DNA of 59,339 nucleotides, filler included, from 9 parts of 9 records of this genome joined end to end with filler, not necessarily neighbours in it; one strand, 5' to 3'. Positions 39,851 through 49,456 are shown, counted from the whole stretch's first letter. Made by a program: numbers and translations. Notes: a model not told the origin generated them from the sequence alone.

Positions 39851-40026
39851 ATCGATTGGCTGCGTAGGGGGAACCTATGGTCTGAAGCCCATTACGAGGC
39901 GCTGCGGTTTATCGGAAACGTGATGGTCTTTGACCGGTTACACTGGCCATCGGGGCCGCGACATGGAGATTCTCAATCATCAAATTTCAGGCGGACATGG
40001 GGATACGGCTTGCCTCATGTTCCTCT
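39851..40026 (+). pseudogene. Degenerate, frameshifted copy of the RND gene 3' region (direct repeat of 36855-37032)
   Basis: Shared blocks ATCGATTGGCTGCG, ATTACGAGGC, TACACTGGCCATCGGGG, CATCAAATTTCAGGC, GACATGGGGATAC, CATGTTCCTCT in the same order, with small indels. Confidence 0.85.
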
Positions 40027-40413
40027 ATAAGTAGGTGGGGTGCAGCCATATCGATCACATCACTGTTTTTTTTATACAAGGTCGTTTTAAACCAGGTCTG
40101 AGAAAGGATTTCGACGGTTGAATCGTAAAAGGTCTTGATTAATAGAGAAGAAAAATCCTGTGCTGTAACAACGATATATGGTTTTTTGTTTTGAGCGTAA
40201 ATCACAAGAAGAATAGGAAGTTAACCGACTAAATCGTACTTTCAAATTGAAATTAGGAAACCATCATGCAGCAACCTTCCGTACCCAGTATTTGGCCCTT
40301 GGCCATGGATACATTCGCACCGAGCATATCAAAGGACAGATCCATTTTGCCGTATATGCCCTTCACGGTTCGCATGAATGACTTTAATCAAGACAAAACA
40401 CGGAAAAAAATCC

Positions 40414-40568
40414 ATGACCTTTACAAAAACTCATAAAATGCGAAAAAGAATTGTTAAGGATGCTACAAGGCTATTTTCCATACAAGGCTATGATAAGACG
40501 TCTATCCGACAGATTGCTGCCGAGGTAGAATTCAAAAACCAAGCTTCCTTATACTATTATTTTAAAAA
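40414..40568 (+). CDS. TetR-family regulator, N-terminal HTH (3' truncated)
   Basis: RKRIVKDATRLFSIQGYDKTSIRQIA..ASLYYYFK. Confidence 0.8.
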
Positions 40569-40668
40569 NNNNNNNNNNNNNNNNNNNNNNNNNNNNNNNN
40601 NNNNNNNNNNNNTTAATTAATTAANNNNNNNNNNNNNNNNNNNNNNNNNNNNNNNNNNNNNNNNNNNN
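40569..40668. other. Artificial contig linker
   Basis: N-run + TTAATTAATTAA + N-run. Confidence 0.99.
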
Positions 40669-40691
40669 TACGCTGCGCTAACCCAACCTAC
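40669..40691 (-). repeat. GTAG-type REP element (truncated at contig edge)
   Basis: Minus strand reads GTAGGTTGGGTTAGCGCAGCGTA; its first 15 nt are identical to 59325-59339. Confidence 0.7.
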
Positions 40692-40722
40692 AAGACTTTA
40701 ATTTTTGTAAACTCCTACACTA

Positions 40723-42474
40723 TTAATTATTCCCTTTTTCAAGATTAACCATCCGGCTGGCCAAAACAGGCTCCAAATCGCATTGGAGGCATCTCTTGGC
40801 TTCTTCCATGGCCGAATTTTCAGCATAACAGCCGGCAACCTCTTTGAAGTTCCCCAGCCTTTCTTCCAAGGGCATTACAGGGAAGGGGGTTCTTTCAAGG
40901 TCGGCGAATCCTTTTTCACGCGCGCCTTCGTATTCACCGTATTCATATGTTTGGACCGGTCGGTCAATTATCCCGTCGCCGCCCAGGTATAGATCGATGG
41001 CGGCAGCGCCTTTTTTTCCGGAAGCAATTGCGTCGACAATGGCGCCCGGCCCATGGGAGACGTCTCCTCCCGCGAATACCCCGGCCTCGTTGGTTTCACT
41101 TGTAGCGCTATCCGTAAGAATCAGACCATTTACAATCTCACACCCGGTTGAATCGTCCAGGCAGCTCAAATCCGCGGACTGACCCACGGCGAGAATCACC
41201 TGGTCAACGGAAACGGTCTTCAACGTCCGGCCGAATGTCGGTGCGAAACAGCATTGGTCGTCAAAAACCGAGATGCACTCGATTAACTCGATGCCGGTTA
41301 CCCGGCCGTTTTCAGCTATTATTCGTTTCGGGCCCCAGGAAGGTAAAATTTGGACGCCCTCTTCCTCCGCCTGTTTTATTTCGTGGGGCGAAGCCGGCAT
41401 TTCCTCGCGGCATTCCAGGCTGGCCAGAAAGACTTCTTCAGCGCCCATGCGCAGGGCGGTCAAAGCCGCATCAATGGCCACGCCGCCCCCGCCCACAACA
41501 AATATCCGCCTTTTTATTTCCGGCGGGCGCCCGTTTCGGGCGCCTGTCAGCATGTCCAGTCCCCATTGCACTTCCGGCAGGCCCGAGCCTTCCAGATCAA
41601 TTTTACGGCTTGATTGGAGACCAAGGGCCAGGTACACGGCTTCATAGCCTTCGGATTTGAGATGGTTGAAATCAAGATCCCGGCCGAATTGCATATTGGT
41701 TTTCAAGTCTATGCCCAGGCTTAAAATGAGTTCTATTTCCCTTTCAACCACTTCTTCCGGCAGGCGATAAGCAGGAATGGCGTATCTCATCATACCACCG
41801 GGCTTCTCACGGCTTTCAAAGACAGTAATGGAATGGCCTTTCCGGCGAAGATAAAATGCAGCGGTCAGACCGGCCGGACCGGAACCTATTATTGCTATTC
41901 TGCGGCCGGTTTCATTGTCCGGAGGCTTTAAGAAATCAGGTTGGTTTTCGGCCCTGTCCGCGGCGTACCTTTTTAAAGCGCAAATGGAAATAGGCTGGTT
42001 TACATCGTTTCGGCGACATAGTGCTTCGCAGGGATGAGGGCAGACGCGTCCCAGGATTCCGGGAAACGGAGCTTTTTCCAATATCAGTTCATAGGCCAGT
42101 TGCGGGTTTCCATGGGCGATAAGCCTTAAATATCCCGGAACGTCGATGCCGGCCGGACATGCCTCGACGCACGGCGCGACTTCCGGGATGTATTCGTCCG
42201 GAGCCAGTCCTCTCAATGATCTGACAATATCCAGTATGGCGATTCCGTTGGGGCAGACGGTTTCGCAGCGGCCGCAGGCAGTACACAACCAGGGGATCGG
42301 GCTGGCGGCGATTTCTTCCAAAATGTTCATTTCCACGTGCCTGAGGATGCGGCGGACGTTGAATCCGTCCAGGCCGGAAATCGGGCAGGCGGAGCTGCAA
42401 AGCCCGCATTGTTCGCAGGTTTGAAACATGTTCGCCTGGTTGATTTTTTCAGATATAGCCGCGTTAACAGGCAT
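40723..42474 (-). CDS. HdrC-like ferredoxin fused to GltD/NfnB-like FAD/NAD(P)H oxidoreductase
   Basis: CEQCGLCSSACP..PWLCTACGRCETVCP, then PCVEACPAG..GRVCPHPCE..C, GSGPAG, GGGGVAIDAA, FAGGD, EAKRCLQC. ATG 42474 has a GAGG RBS. Confidence 0.85.
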   Translation of the reverse strand: MPVNAAISEKINQANMFQTCEQCGLCSSACPISGLDGFNVRRILRHVEMNILEEIAASPIPWLCTACGRCETVCPNGIAILDIVRSLRGLAPDEYIPEVAPCVEACPAGIDVPGYLRLIAHGNPQLAYELILEKAPFPGILGRVCPHPCEALCRRNDVNQPISICALKRYAADRAENQPDFLKPPDNETGRRIAIIGSGPAGLTAAFYLRRKGHSITVFESREKPGGMMRYAIPAYRLPEEVVEREIELILSLGIDLKTNMQFGRDLDFNHLKSEGYEAVYLALGLQSSRKIDLEGSGLPEVQWGLDMLTGARNGRPPEIKRRIFVVGGGGVAIDAALTALRMGAEEVFLASLECREEMPASPHEIKQAEEEGVQILPSWGPKRIIAENGRVTGIELIECISVFDDQCCFAPTFGRTLKTVSVDQVILAVGQSADLSCLDDSTGCEIVNGLILTDSATSETNEAGVFAGGDVSHGPGAIVDAIASGKKGAAAIDLYLGGDGIIDRPVQTYEYGEYEGAREKGFADLERTPFPVMPLEERLGNFKEVAGCYAENSAMEEAKRCLQCDLEPVLASRMVNLEKGNN

Positions 42475-42488
42475 CCAAGTCCTCTTTT

Positions 42489-44546
42489 TTATAGACCGAG
42501 AGCTTTTATCATATCGCGCATGGCCCCGGCGAATTTGGGGCCGTCCGCGGCTGAACACCAGATGTTCCATAGCTTTTCCGGGTCATAGCCCTTTTTAGCC
42601 AGTTTCTTTCTTGTGCGTTCCATCCTCTTTTCGCAAGCATAGTTTCCGCTTATATAATGGCAGGTCGGGAATTCACACCCGGCGGTTAAAACGCCGGCCG
42701 CGCCCAATTCAAAGGCGCGTTCCACCATTGCCGTGGAAACCCGGGCCGAACACATCACCCGGATGAGACGGGCATTGGCCGGGTATTGCAAGCGACTTAC
42801 TCCGGCCATGTCCACCCCTCCTAAAGCGCACCAATGGCATACAAATCCCACGATTTTTTGGTCAGGATTTTCGGCCAGGGCCGCTTCCACCTGGGCCATG
42901 ATCTGGTCGTCCGAATAATGAACAATGCTTATGGATCCTGACGGGCAGTCGGCCGCGCACAATCCGCAGCCCTTGCACAGGGCCTTGATGACGGACGGCT
43001 CCTTGTCTTCGGACAGTAAAATGGCGCCGTATGGGCAGTTCTTATGACAGAGTCCGCATTTCAGGCATTCGGCCGGATCTATATCCGCGACAATGCCTTC
43101 CGCTTCAATGTACCCCTTGTTCATGGGAATGGAAACGCGCATGGCCGCGGCCAGACCTTCCTCGCAACTTTCCTTGAACGTCTTGGGGGACCGGGCGCAT
43201 CCGCCCAACGAGATTCCGTCCGAAGCAAATTCCACAGGCCCGAGTTTGACGTGTGCTTCCTGGAAAAAGCCGTCGGCATTTGCCGATACTTTTAGCTGCC
43301 CCTTGATATGATCCACGGTTTCGTCGCCTTCAAAAGCGCAGGTCAGAACTACAAGGTCGGCGGGAAGAGTGAAATCGCGGTCCAATAACATATCTTTGAC
43401 CAGAATCGATAGCCTGCCGTTTTCCGAACTTATGGAAGGATAGTTTTCATCCGGAAAACGGATGAATTTTACTCCAGCTTCCTTGGCCCTGTCCTGGTGA
43501 AAGTGCTCTTCTCCAACCAGGCTCATATCCCGGTACAGCACGTGCACCCGGCAGTCGTTTTGAGATTTCAAACTATAGGCGTTTTTCACCGATACGCGGC
43601 ATCCTACATGGCAGCAGCCCCGTTCATCGTTCTTGGAGTCGACGCAGTTGATAATAACCACATCGTGAAATCCGGATAAGTCCTGATGCATTCGCTGTTC
43701 CAACTGAAGCTGGGTTATAACTCTGGCGTCCTCGCCGTACCCGTAATGACCGGCAGGTTCGATTTCCTTCATGCCCGTGGCCACGACAATGGTTGAAATA
43801 TCCAGTTCGCTTTCCGCGTCTTTAATCGTATTTTTCAATCGGACTTTGTAATTGCCTATGTATCCCTTGACTTCTTCAATACTGGTTGAGGTCATGATTT
43901 GTATATTAGGGCGGCTTTCAACCTGCTCTAAAAGCTTTTGTAAAATATTAACCGAGGACATTTCACCCCGGTCGTGGGATATGGACCTCACCATGCCCAA
44001 TAATCCGCCGAGTCGGTCATTCTTTTCCACTAAGACCACGTTGAAATCCTGCCCGGCCAGGGCCAGGGCCGCGGTCATACCGGCGGCGCCTCCGCCGATA
44101 ACCAGGCAGTCCCGCCCCACGGGCAGACGGATTTCTTCGCCTTCCTCGAGCAAGGCCGCTTTGGCCGCGCCCATGCGTATCAGGTCCTTGGCTTTCTGGG
44201 TCCCCTTTTCGGGCTCGTTCATATGCACCCAGGAGACCTGTTCCCTGATACTGACAAATTCCAGCAGGTATGGGTTAAGCCCGGCCTCTTTGACCGTGTT
44301 TTTAAATAACGATTCGTGGGTGCGCGGAGTGCATGAGGCAATGACCACCCGGTTAATCTCGTGTTCCTTTATTAAATTCTTGAGCCGGTTTAAATAATCC
44401 ACGGAACAGGACCATCGTCCTTCATCGGCCAGAACAACATTGGGCAGGGTCTTTGAATATTCCACTATCTCGGGAACATTCACAAACCCGGCTATATTGG
44501 ACCCGCAGTCGCAAACAAATATCCCGATGCGCACGTCTTCGCTCAT
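42489..44546 (-). CDS. HdrA-like flavoprotein fused to MvhD domain (QmoB-like architecture)
   Basis: IGIFVCDCG..C..ASCTPRTHE..IREQVSWVH, GGGAAG, two CxxCxxCxxxCP motifs, C-terminal FVCHWC..IRVMCS..GC..CHY..GN. Confidence 0.88.
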   Translation of the reverse strand: MSEDVRIGIFVCDCGSNIAGFVNVPEIVEYSKTLPNVVLADEGRWSCSVDYLNRLKNLIKEHEINRVVIASCTPRTHESLFKNTVKEAGLNPYLLEFVSIREQVSWVHMNEPEKGTQKAKDLIRMGAAKAALLEEGEEIRLPVGRDCLVIGGGAAGMTAALALAGQDFNVVLVEKNDRLGGLLGMVRSISHDRGEMSSVNILQKLLEQVESRPNIQIMTSTSIEEVKGYIGNYKVRLKNTIKDAESELDISTIVVATGMKEIEPAGHYGYGEDARVITQLQLEQRMHQDLSGFHDVVIINCVDSKNDERGCCHVGCRVSVKNAYSLKSQNDCRVHVLYRDMSLVGEEHFHQDRAKEAGVKFIRFPDENYPSISSENGRLSILVKDMLLDRDFTLPADLVVLTCAFEGDETVDHIKGQLKVSANADGFFQEAHVKLGPVEFASDGISLGGCARSPKTFKESCEEGLAAAMRVSIPMNKGYIEAEGIVADIDPAECLKCGLCHKNCPYGAILLSEDKEPSVIKALCKGCGLCAADCPSGSISIVHYSDDQIMAQVEAALAENPDQKIVGFVCHWCALGGVDMAGVSRLQYPANARLIRVMCSARVSTAMVERAFELGAAGVLTAGCEFPTCHYISGNYACEKRMERTRKKLAKKGYDPEKLWNIWCSAADGPKFAGAMRDMIKALGL

Positions 44547-44577
44547 TAACAGGGCCTCGTTTCTAATCCTGTCTGCA

Positions 44578-45924
44578 TCATGGCGTCAAAATCGCCTTCA
44601 TGCCGGCCGCGGTCGCCTGGACCACGGATTCGGAAATGTCAATGGGACCGGTAGCGCCCCCGCAAATGTAGATTCCCTCCACTCCTGTTTCCAGGGGCGC
44701 GGTCAGGGGATCCTTTTCCTTGAAAAAACCAAGCTCGTCGAGTTCGATTTTTAAAACCTTGGCCAGCCTGGGATTCTTTTCACTGGGCAAAAGTCCGGCC
44801 GACAGCACCAGAATATCGAATTCCTCTTCATTAACATTTCCGGATTCAAGATCTTCGTACCGGATGGTCAGATTTTTGGAACGTGGATCTTCAAACACGT
44901 CGTAAGGGCGCCCCTTGACGTAGCGGACTCCCTGCCTGCGGGCGTTTTGATAAAAATCCCAAAATCCTTTTCCGTAAGCCTTCAGGTCATTGTAAAAGAC
45001 GGCGGCTTCCACGTTGGGATCGTGTTCCTTGGTGATGATTGTCTGTTTGGCTGCAATCATGCAGCATATCTTGGAACAATAAGGCACGCCGCCGACCAGG
45101 CCGCGGCCTGCGCACTGCACCCAGCCTATTTTTTGAGCGTGCCTGCCGTCGGAAGGCCTGATGATTTGGCCGGCTGTTGGCCCGCCCGCGTTCATCAGCC
45201 GCTCGAATTCAAGATTGGTGATGACATTTTCGTGTAATCCGTACCCGAGCACTCCATGTGGAGGCCTGGCGTGTTCAATCCCCGTGGCCACGATGATGCT
45301 TTTAACTTCAATGTCCATGTTTTTGTTGGACTGCCACAGCCTGACCGCGTCCTTGCCTTCCTGCAGGCAGGCCTTGACGCACAGGGCAATGGGACATTCG
45401 CGGCATTGGCTGCAATCCACGACGCAATCGCCGACGCACGCCCCTTTGTCCCTCAGCCTGCCGTACCGGCAGTCCGGGTCGATGGCAACGACATTGGGCA
45501 CTGCCTGGGGAAAGGGGATATAAGCCAGTTTTCTGCTGCCGCCGATTTTTCCGTCCATTTCGTCGGGCAAGGCGACCGGGCAGGCTTCGATGCACGCGCC
45601 GCAGCCGGTGCAGGCTTCTTCGTCTATATACCGGGCTTTTTTTACCAGCCGAACCTTGAATCGGCCGTTGGCTTTTTTCAATTTTCGAATTTCGGTATTG
45701 GTCAATATTTCAATATTGGAATTTGTGTCGACTTCGTACATCTGGGGGGCTTCGATGCAAATGGAACAATCGTTTGTCGGGAACGTCTTGTCCAGCCTGG
45801 CCATCATGCCCCCGATGCTGGGCGTGTCATCGGCCAGGTAGACCTTGGTTCCGTATTTGGCGGCGTTAAGAGCGGCGTTGATGCCGGCCGCTCCCGCGCC
45901 TATGATCAATATCGCATCGCTCAT
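44578..45924 (-). CDS. HdrA-like flavoprotein (QmoA-like length)
   Basis: GAGAAG, IGGMMARLDKTFPTNDCSICI, CTGCGACIEACP, LEFERL..GPT, QCAG..YCSKICC, GPIDISESV. Confidence 0.88.
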   Translation of the reverse strand: MSDAILIIGAGAAGINAALNAAKYGTKVYLADDTPSIGGMMARLDKTFPTNDCSICIEAPQMYEVDTNSNIEILTNTEIRKLKKANGRFKVRLVKKARYIDEEACTGCGACIEACPVALPDEMDGKIGGSRKLAYIPFPQAVPNVVAIDPDCRYGRLRDKGACVGDCVVDCSQCRECPIALCVKACLQEGKDAVRLWQSNKNMDIEVKSIIVATGIEHARPPHGVLGYGLHENVITNLEFERLMNAGGPTAGQIIRPSDGRHAQKIGWVQCAGRGLVGGVPYCSKICCMIAAKQTIITKEHDPNVEAAVFYNDLKAYGKGFWDFYQNARRQGVRYVKGRPYDVFEDPRSKNLTIRYEDLESGNVNEEEFDILVLSAGLLPSEKNPRLAKVLKIELDELGFFKEKDPLTAPLETGVEGIYICGGATGPIDISESVVQATAAGMKAILTP

Positions 45925-45937
45925 TATCAGGTCCTTG

Positions 45938-46147
45938 TTATATTTCCGTGATAATAACCGCCCTGGATTTGCATACGGCTTCGCAAGTCCGGCAGCCCAG
46001 GCAGCTTCGGGGCCTGGCCGGGACGGCCTTGTGAAAGAAGTCGAACACGTCGCACGGGCAGTATTTCACGCACTCCTCGCATCCGTCGCAGTTGTCCTGG
46101 TCCACGTGAACCAGGTATATTTCAAATGTTCTTTTGTGCTTCGGCAT
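45938..46147 (-). CDS. 2[4Fe-4S] ferredoxin
   Basis: CDGCEECVKYCP..CLGCRTCEAVC. Start is uncertain; ATG 46147 avoids overlap with the upstream gene. Confidence 0.82.
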   Translation of the reverse strand: MPKHKRTFEIYLVHVDQDNCDGCEECVKYCPCDVFDFFHKAVPARPRSCLGCRTCEAVCKSRAVIITEI

Positions 46148-46154
46148 GATCGGT

Positions 46155-46586
46155 CTATTCTGATTCATCCCACTTATAATCAATCAATTCTGTCAGGACG
46201 CCATTGAGTTTTTTGGGATGTATGAAAGCGAACTCGCAATCGCGGAAAGGCCTGGCTGTCTCGCCTTTTCCATCCGGTATAAAGGGGTACCCCTGGCCTT
46301 CCAATTCTTTAATCGCCTCGCGGGTGTTATCCACGTTAAAGCTGATGAGCATCACGCCTTCGCCCCGACTTTCTATGAACCTGGCCACGTCGCCGTCCGG
46401 TGTAGTGGATTCCATCAATTCGAACCCGACTTCACCGACCATGTACCGGGCCACATTTATCTTTTCGGGCTCGTCAATGTAAGCGTCGTCCGGGCCGCTT
46501 TTGCCCAAAAGCGGCTCCCATATTTTTTTGGCTTCTTCCAGGTTTTTCACTGCAATGCAAATATGGTCTATTTTTTTGACCTTCAT
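46155..46586 (-). CDS. VOC-family protein, methylmalonyl-CoA epimerase-like
   Basis: IDHICIAV..FELME..ARFIESRGEG..AFIHPK..GVLTEL. Confidence 0.82.
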   Translation of the reverse strand: MKVKKIDHICIAVKNLEEAKKIWEPLLGKSGPDDAYIDEPEKINVARYMVGEVGFELMESTTPDGDVARFIESRGEGVMLISFNVDNTREAIKELEGQGYPFIPDGKGETARPFRDCEFAFIHPKKLNGVLTELIDYKWDESE

Positions 46587-46713
46587 ATGTGATTCCTCGA
46601 CTTTCGGGTGCAGCGCCGGCTTTTAAAAAACGGTTATGCAATAAACCGACGCCTCATAAACCCTCGTTAAAATAATTTAGTTCGAGTCTGTCCAGAAATG
46701 AGGAATTTTTTCC

Positions 46714-46813
46714 NNNNNNNNNNNNNNNNNNNNNNNNNNNNNNNNNNNNNNNNNNNNTTAATTAATTAANNNNNNNNNNNNNNNNNNNNNNNNNNNNNNN
46801 NNNNNNNNNNNNN
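46714..46813. other. Artificial contig linker
   Basis: N-run + TTAATTAATTAA + N-run. Confidence 0.99.
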
Positions 46814-46815
46814 GC

Positions 46816-48087
46816 TTCCTTCTTACCATGGAAGAAGATTCGCCGGTTATTGAAAATGGATCGTTGTTGGTTGAAGACGGCGAAATCCGGGCCCTGGGCC
46901 CGGCCGGGGCCGTTGCAATGCCTGCCCGGGCACGGGTGATCGATGCCGCCGGATGCGTGGTCATGCCGGGCCTTGTCAACTGCCACACCCACCTTCCCAT
47001 GTCGTTGTTCCGGGGGCTTGCCGACGATCTGCCCCTGGATGTATGGCTTTTTGAGCACATCTTTCCGGCCGAGGCGGAACAGATAAACCCGGTGTCGGTT
47101 CGAAAATGGGCCCGCCACTCCTGTGAGGAGCTGTTGCTGTCCGGCATCACCTGCTGCTGTGACGGCTATTTCCATGGGGATGCGGTGGCGGAGGCCGCCC
47201 TTGTGTCGGGGATCCGGATCGTTGCCGGCCAGGGGATCATCGATTTCCCGGCCCCGGGGGTGCCGGATCCTAAACAGAACGTTGCCGCGGCCGAGGCATT
47301 TGTCCGGCGCTGGACCGGCCGCTCTTCATTGATCCAGCCGTCCATCTTCTGCCACTCCCCCTATACCTGTTCGGCGGATACCCTTGTTGCGGCCCGGCAA
47401 GCGGCCAGGGAGCTTGACGTCCTGTTCCAGATCCATGTGGCGGAGACAGGGGCGGAAGCCGCCAAAATCCCCGGGTGCGGGGATCGTTCCGTGGTCCGAT
47501 ACCTGGATGATCTGGGCATCATCGATGACACCTGCCTGCTGGTTCACTGTGTCTGGATCGATGAAGGGGACATGGCCATTATCAAAAAGCGGGGGGCCGG
47601 GGTGGCCCATTGTGCGGAGAGCAACATGAAGCTTGCCTCTGGCATCGCGCCCGTGCCCGGCATGATGGCTGCCGGGATTTCCCTGGGCCTTGGCACCGAT
47701 GGCAGCGCCAGCAACAACAACCTGGATCTCTTCCAGGAGATGGGCATGGTCGCCAGGCTGCACAGGGTTGCCTGTGGCGATCCCGGGGTGATGGCGGCAA
47801 GAACGGTGGTGACCCTGGCCACCCTGGACGGGGCAAGGGCCCTGGGCCTGGACCGGCGGATCGGGTCCCTCACCCGGGGCAAGCGGGCCGACATCATTCT
47901 TGTGAACCTAGAAAAAACCCACCTGGTACCGGTGTACGATCCCTTCTCAAGCCTGGTTCATGGGGCAAAGGGCAGCGATGTCACCCATGTGATCGTGGAC
48001 GGCCGGATCGTGGTGGAAAACGGGGAACTCACCCGTTGCCCGGATCTCCCCTCCCCTGGCGGGGACCCGGCGCGCTGCCGTACCTGA
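46816..48087 (+). CDS. mtaD: 5'-methylthioadenosine/S-adenosylhomocysteine deaminase (amidohydrolase; 5' truncated)
   Basis: PGLVNCHTH..FRGLADDLPL..W..IFPAE, HSPYTC, IHVAET, HCVW, SNMKLASG, GTDGSASNNNLD. Confidence 0.82.
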   Translation, partial: FLLTMEEDSPVIENGSLLVEDGEIRALGPAGAVAMPARARVIDAAGCVVMPGLVNCHTHLPMSLFRGLADDLPLDVWLFEHIFPAEAEQINPVSVRKWARHSCEELLLSGITCCCDGYFHGDAVAEAALVSGIRIVAGQGIIDFPAPGVPDPKQNVAAAEAFVRRWTGRSSLIQPSIFCHSPYTCSADTLVAARQAARELDVLFQIHVAETGAEAAKIPGCGDRSVVRYLDDLGIIDDTCLLVHCVWIDEGDMAIIKKRGAGVAHCAESNMKLASGIAPVPGMMAAGISLGLGTDGSASNNNLDLFQEMGMVARLHRVACGDPGVMAARTVVTLATLDGARALGLDRRIGSLTRGKRADIILVNLEKTHLVPVYDPFSSLVHGAKGSDVTHVIVDGRIVVENGELTRCPDLPSPGGDPARCRT

Positions 48088-48329
48088 TGCCGGTCTACCC
48101 GCTTCGATGTTGTGGATTCCCAGCCGTTCATTTTTCGCTGTGGGCACAGAATCGTTTCAGGGTAATTTCATCCGACAAAAAAAGTAACGTCTTCAAAGGA
48201 TATTTGTCAACCCTCAACCTTGAGTGTCGAGGTGTCTTAACGGTTAAGGTTTTAAAATGTAAATATAAACTGTGGAAGTCTTTCGGGGATGAATGATTTG
48301 TGTCGGATGGATTTTTCTCCAGAAAGTGG

Positions 48330-48358
48330 TTGACAAATCCGGGTGTGTTGGGTAAAAG
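48330..48358 (+). promoter_or_regulatory. Sigma70-type promoter candidate
   Basis: TTGACA-N17-TAAAAG, about 250 nt upstream of ATG 48609. Confidence 0.45.
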
Positions 48359-48608
48359 AGTAAAAATTATTTTGTGTTCGAAATATCCACGAGTGAAAAA
48401 TTCCAATCCGGACATTCCCCATTGCAGCTCTTGAATTCAGCCTCCTGGCCTGCGGTCGACAATACTGTGGGAATTTGCTGAAGATATCGCATTTGCTGAT
48501 TTGGGAAGAAAAGAGACAGGGCGTGCCGAAAACGGCGATGCCTGATCCATTCGGAAACAGATGGCTCCATAAGTTGTTAAACCGATCAATGATGAAAGGA
48601 GAAACATC

Positions 48609-49391
48609 ATGGAAAACCAAATGTTCACCGTTGACATGCCCAAGGTTTGTCGTGTTGAGCAGGGCCAGGAGCGCTTCAGCGTCACCTACCAGGGCAAAAA
48701 GCAGGAGTTGCTCACCCACGATTATGACGAAATTTTCAAGATCCCGGGACTCTACGAATATCTTTTTCACGATCAGCTGAAATGCGTCTCGCCGGCGGTG
48801 GTCTGTTCGCTTCTGGGGAATTGCCTGGGAAAAGAGTGCTTTTTACCGGATGAACTGGTGGTCCTGGACGTGGGCGCGGGCAACGGAATGATTGGTGAAC
48901 GCCTGTCCGGGATGGGGGCGGGCACGCTTCTGGGGCTTGACATTCTTCCCGAGGCGGCCGTCGCCGCCCACCGGGACCGTCCCGGGCTCTATGACGATTA
49001 CTTTGTGGAGGACCTGACCCGGCTGCCCCGGCCGGTGGAGGAGCGCATCCGGCAGGCCGATCCCAATTGCATGACCATCGTGGCCGCCCTGGGATTCGGG
49101 GATATTCCTCCCCAGGCCTTCAGCAAGGGGTTCAACCTCATCGCCGACAGGGGATGGGTGGCGTTCAACATCAAAGGCGATTTTGTGAAGGAGGGCGATG
49201 ACAGCGGTTTCCAGCGGTTGATTCATCTTCTCATCGACCAGGGGATCATGGAGGTCGTCGCTGAAAAAGATTATTGCCACAGATTGTGCCAGGACGGCAC
49301 CCCCTTGAACTACATGGCCTATGTGGTCAGGAAACAAGGGGATATTCGCCCGGAGCTGGCCGCGTCGTGCGATGAAGCAACCACGGCTTAG
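48609..49391 (+). CDS. Class I SAM-dependent methyltransferase
   Basis: VLDVGAGNG motif I, GLDI; AAGGAG RBS. Confidence 0.85.
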   Translation: MENQMFTVDMPKVCRVEQGQERFSVTYQGKKQELLTHDYDEIFKIPGLYEYLFHDQLKCVSPAVVCSLLGNCLGKECFLPDELVVLDVGAGNGMIGERLSGMGAGTLLGLDILPEAAVAAHRDRPGLYDDYFVEDLTRLPRPVEERIRQADPNCMTIVAALGFGDIPPQAFSKGFNLIADRGWVAFNIKGDFVKEGDDSGFQRLIHLLIDQGIMEVVAEKDYCHRLCQDGTPLNYMAYVVRKQGDIRPELAASCDEATTA

Positions 49392-49456
49392 GCGGGTGGG
49401 CGTTAAAGGGCCACCCGCTGCCGGCACGGATCCCAAACGTGGACGATGGGTTGTGT

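Noticed and set aside
44560..44580. Selenocysteine read-through at the TGA of the HdrA-like gene
   Set aside because: TGA falls at the natural domain end and read-through adds only CRQD before TAG; conserved Cys sites are ordinary Cys codons.
42489..45924. Calling the pair qmoAB
   Set aside because: Architecture is similar, but there is no aprAB or qmoC context and the proteins carry HdrA-type LDKTFPTNDC and extra ferredoxin motifs; phylogeny is needed.
18406..46586. One sulfur/energy super-cluster joining dsr, CCG and Hdr/Qmo-like genes
   Set aside because: They lie on different contigs with different composition; the adjacency is artificial.
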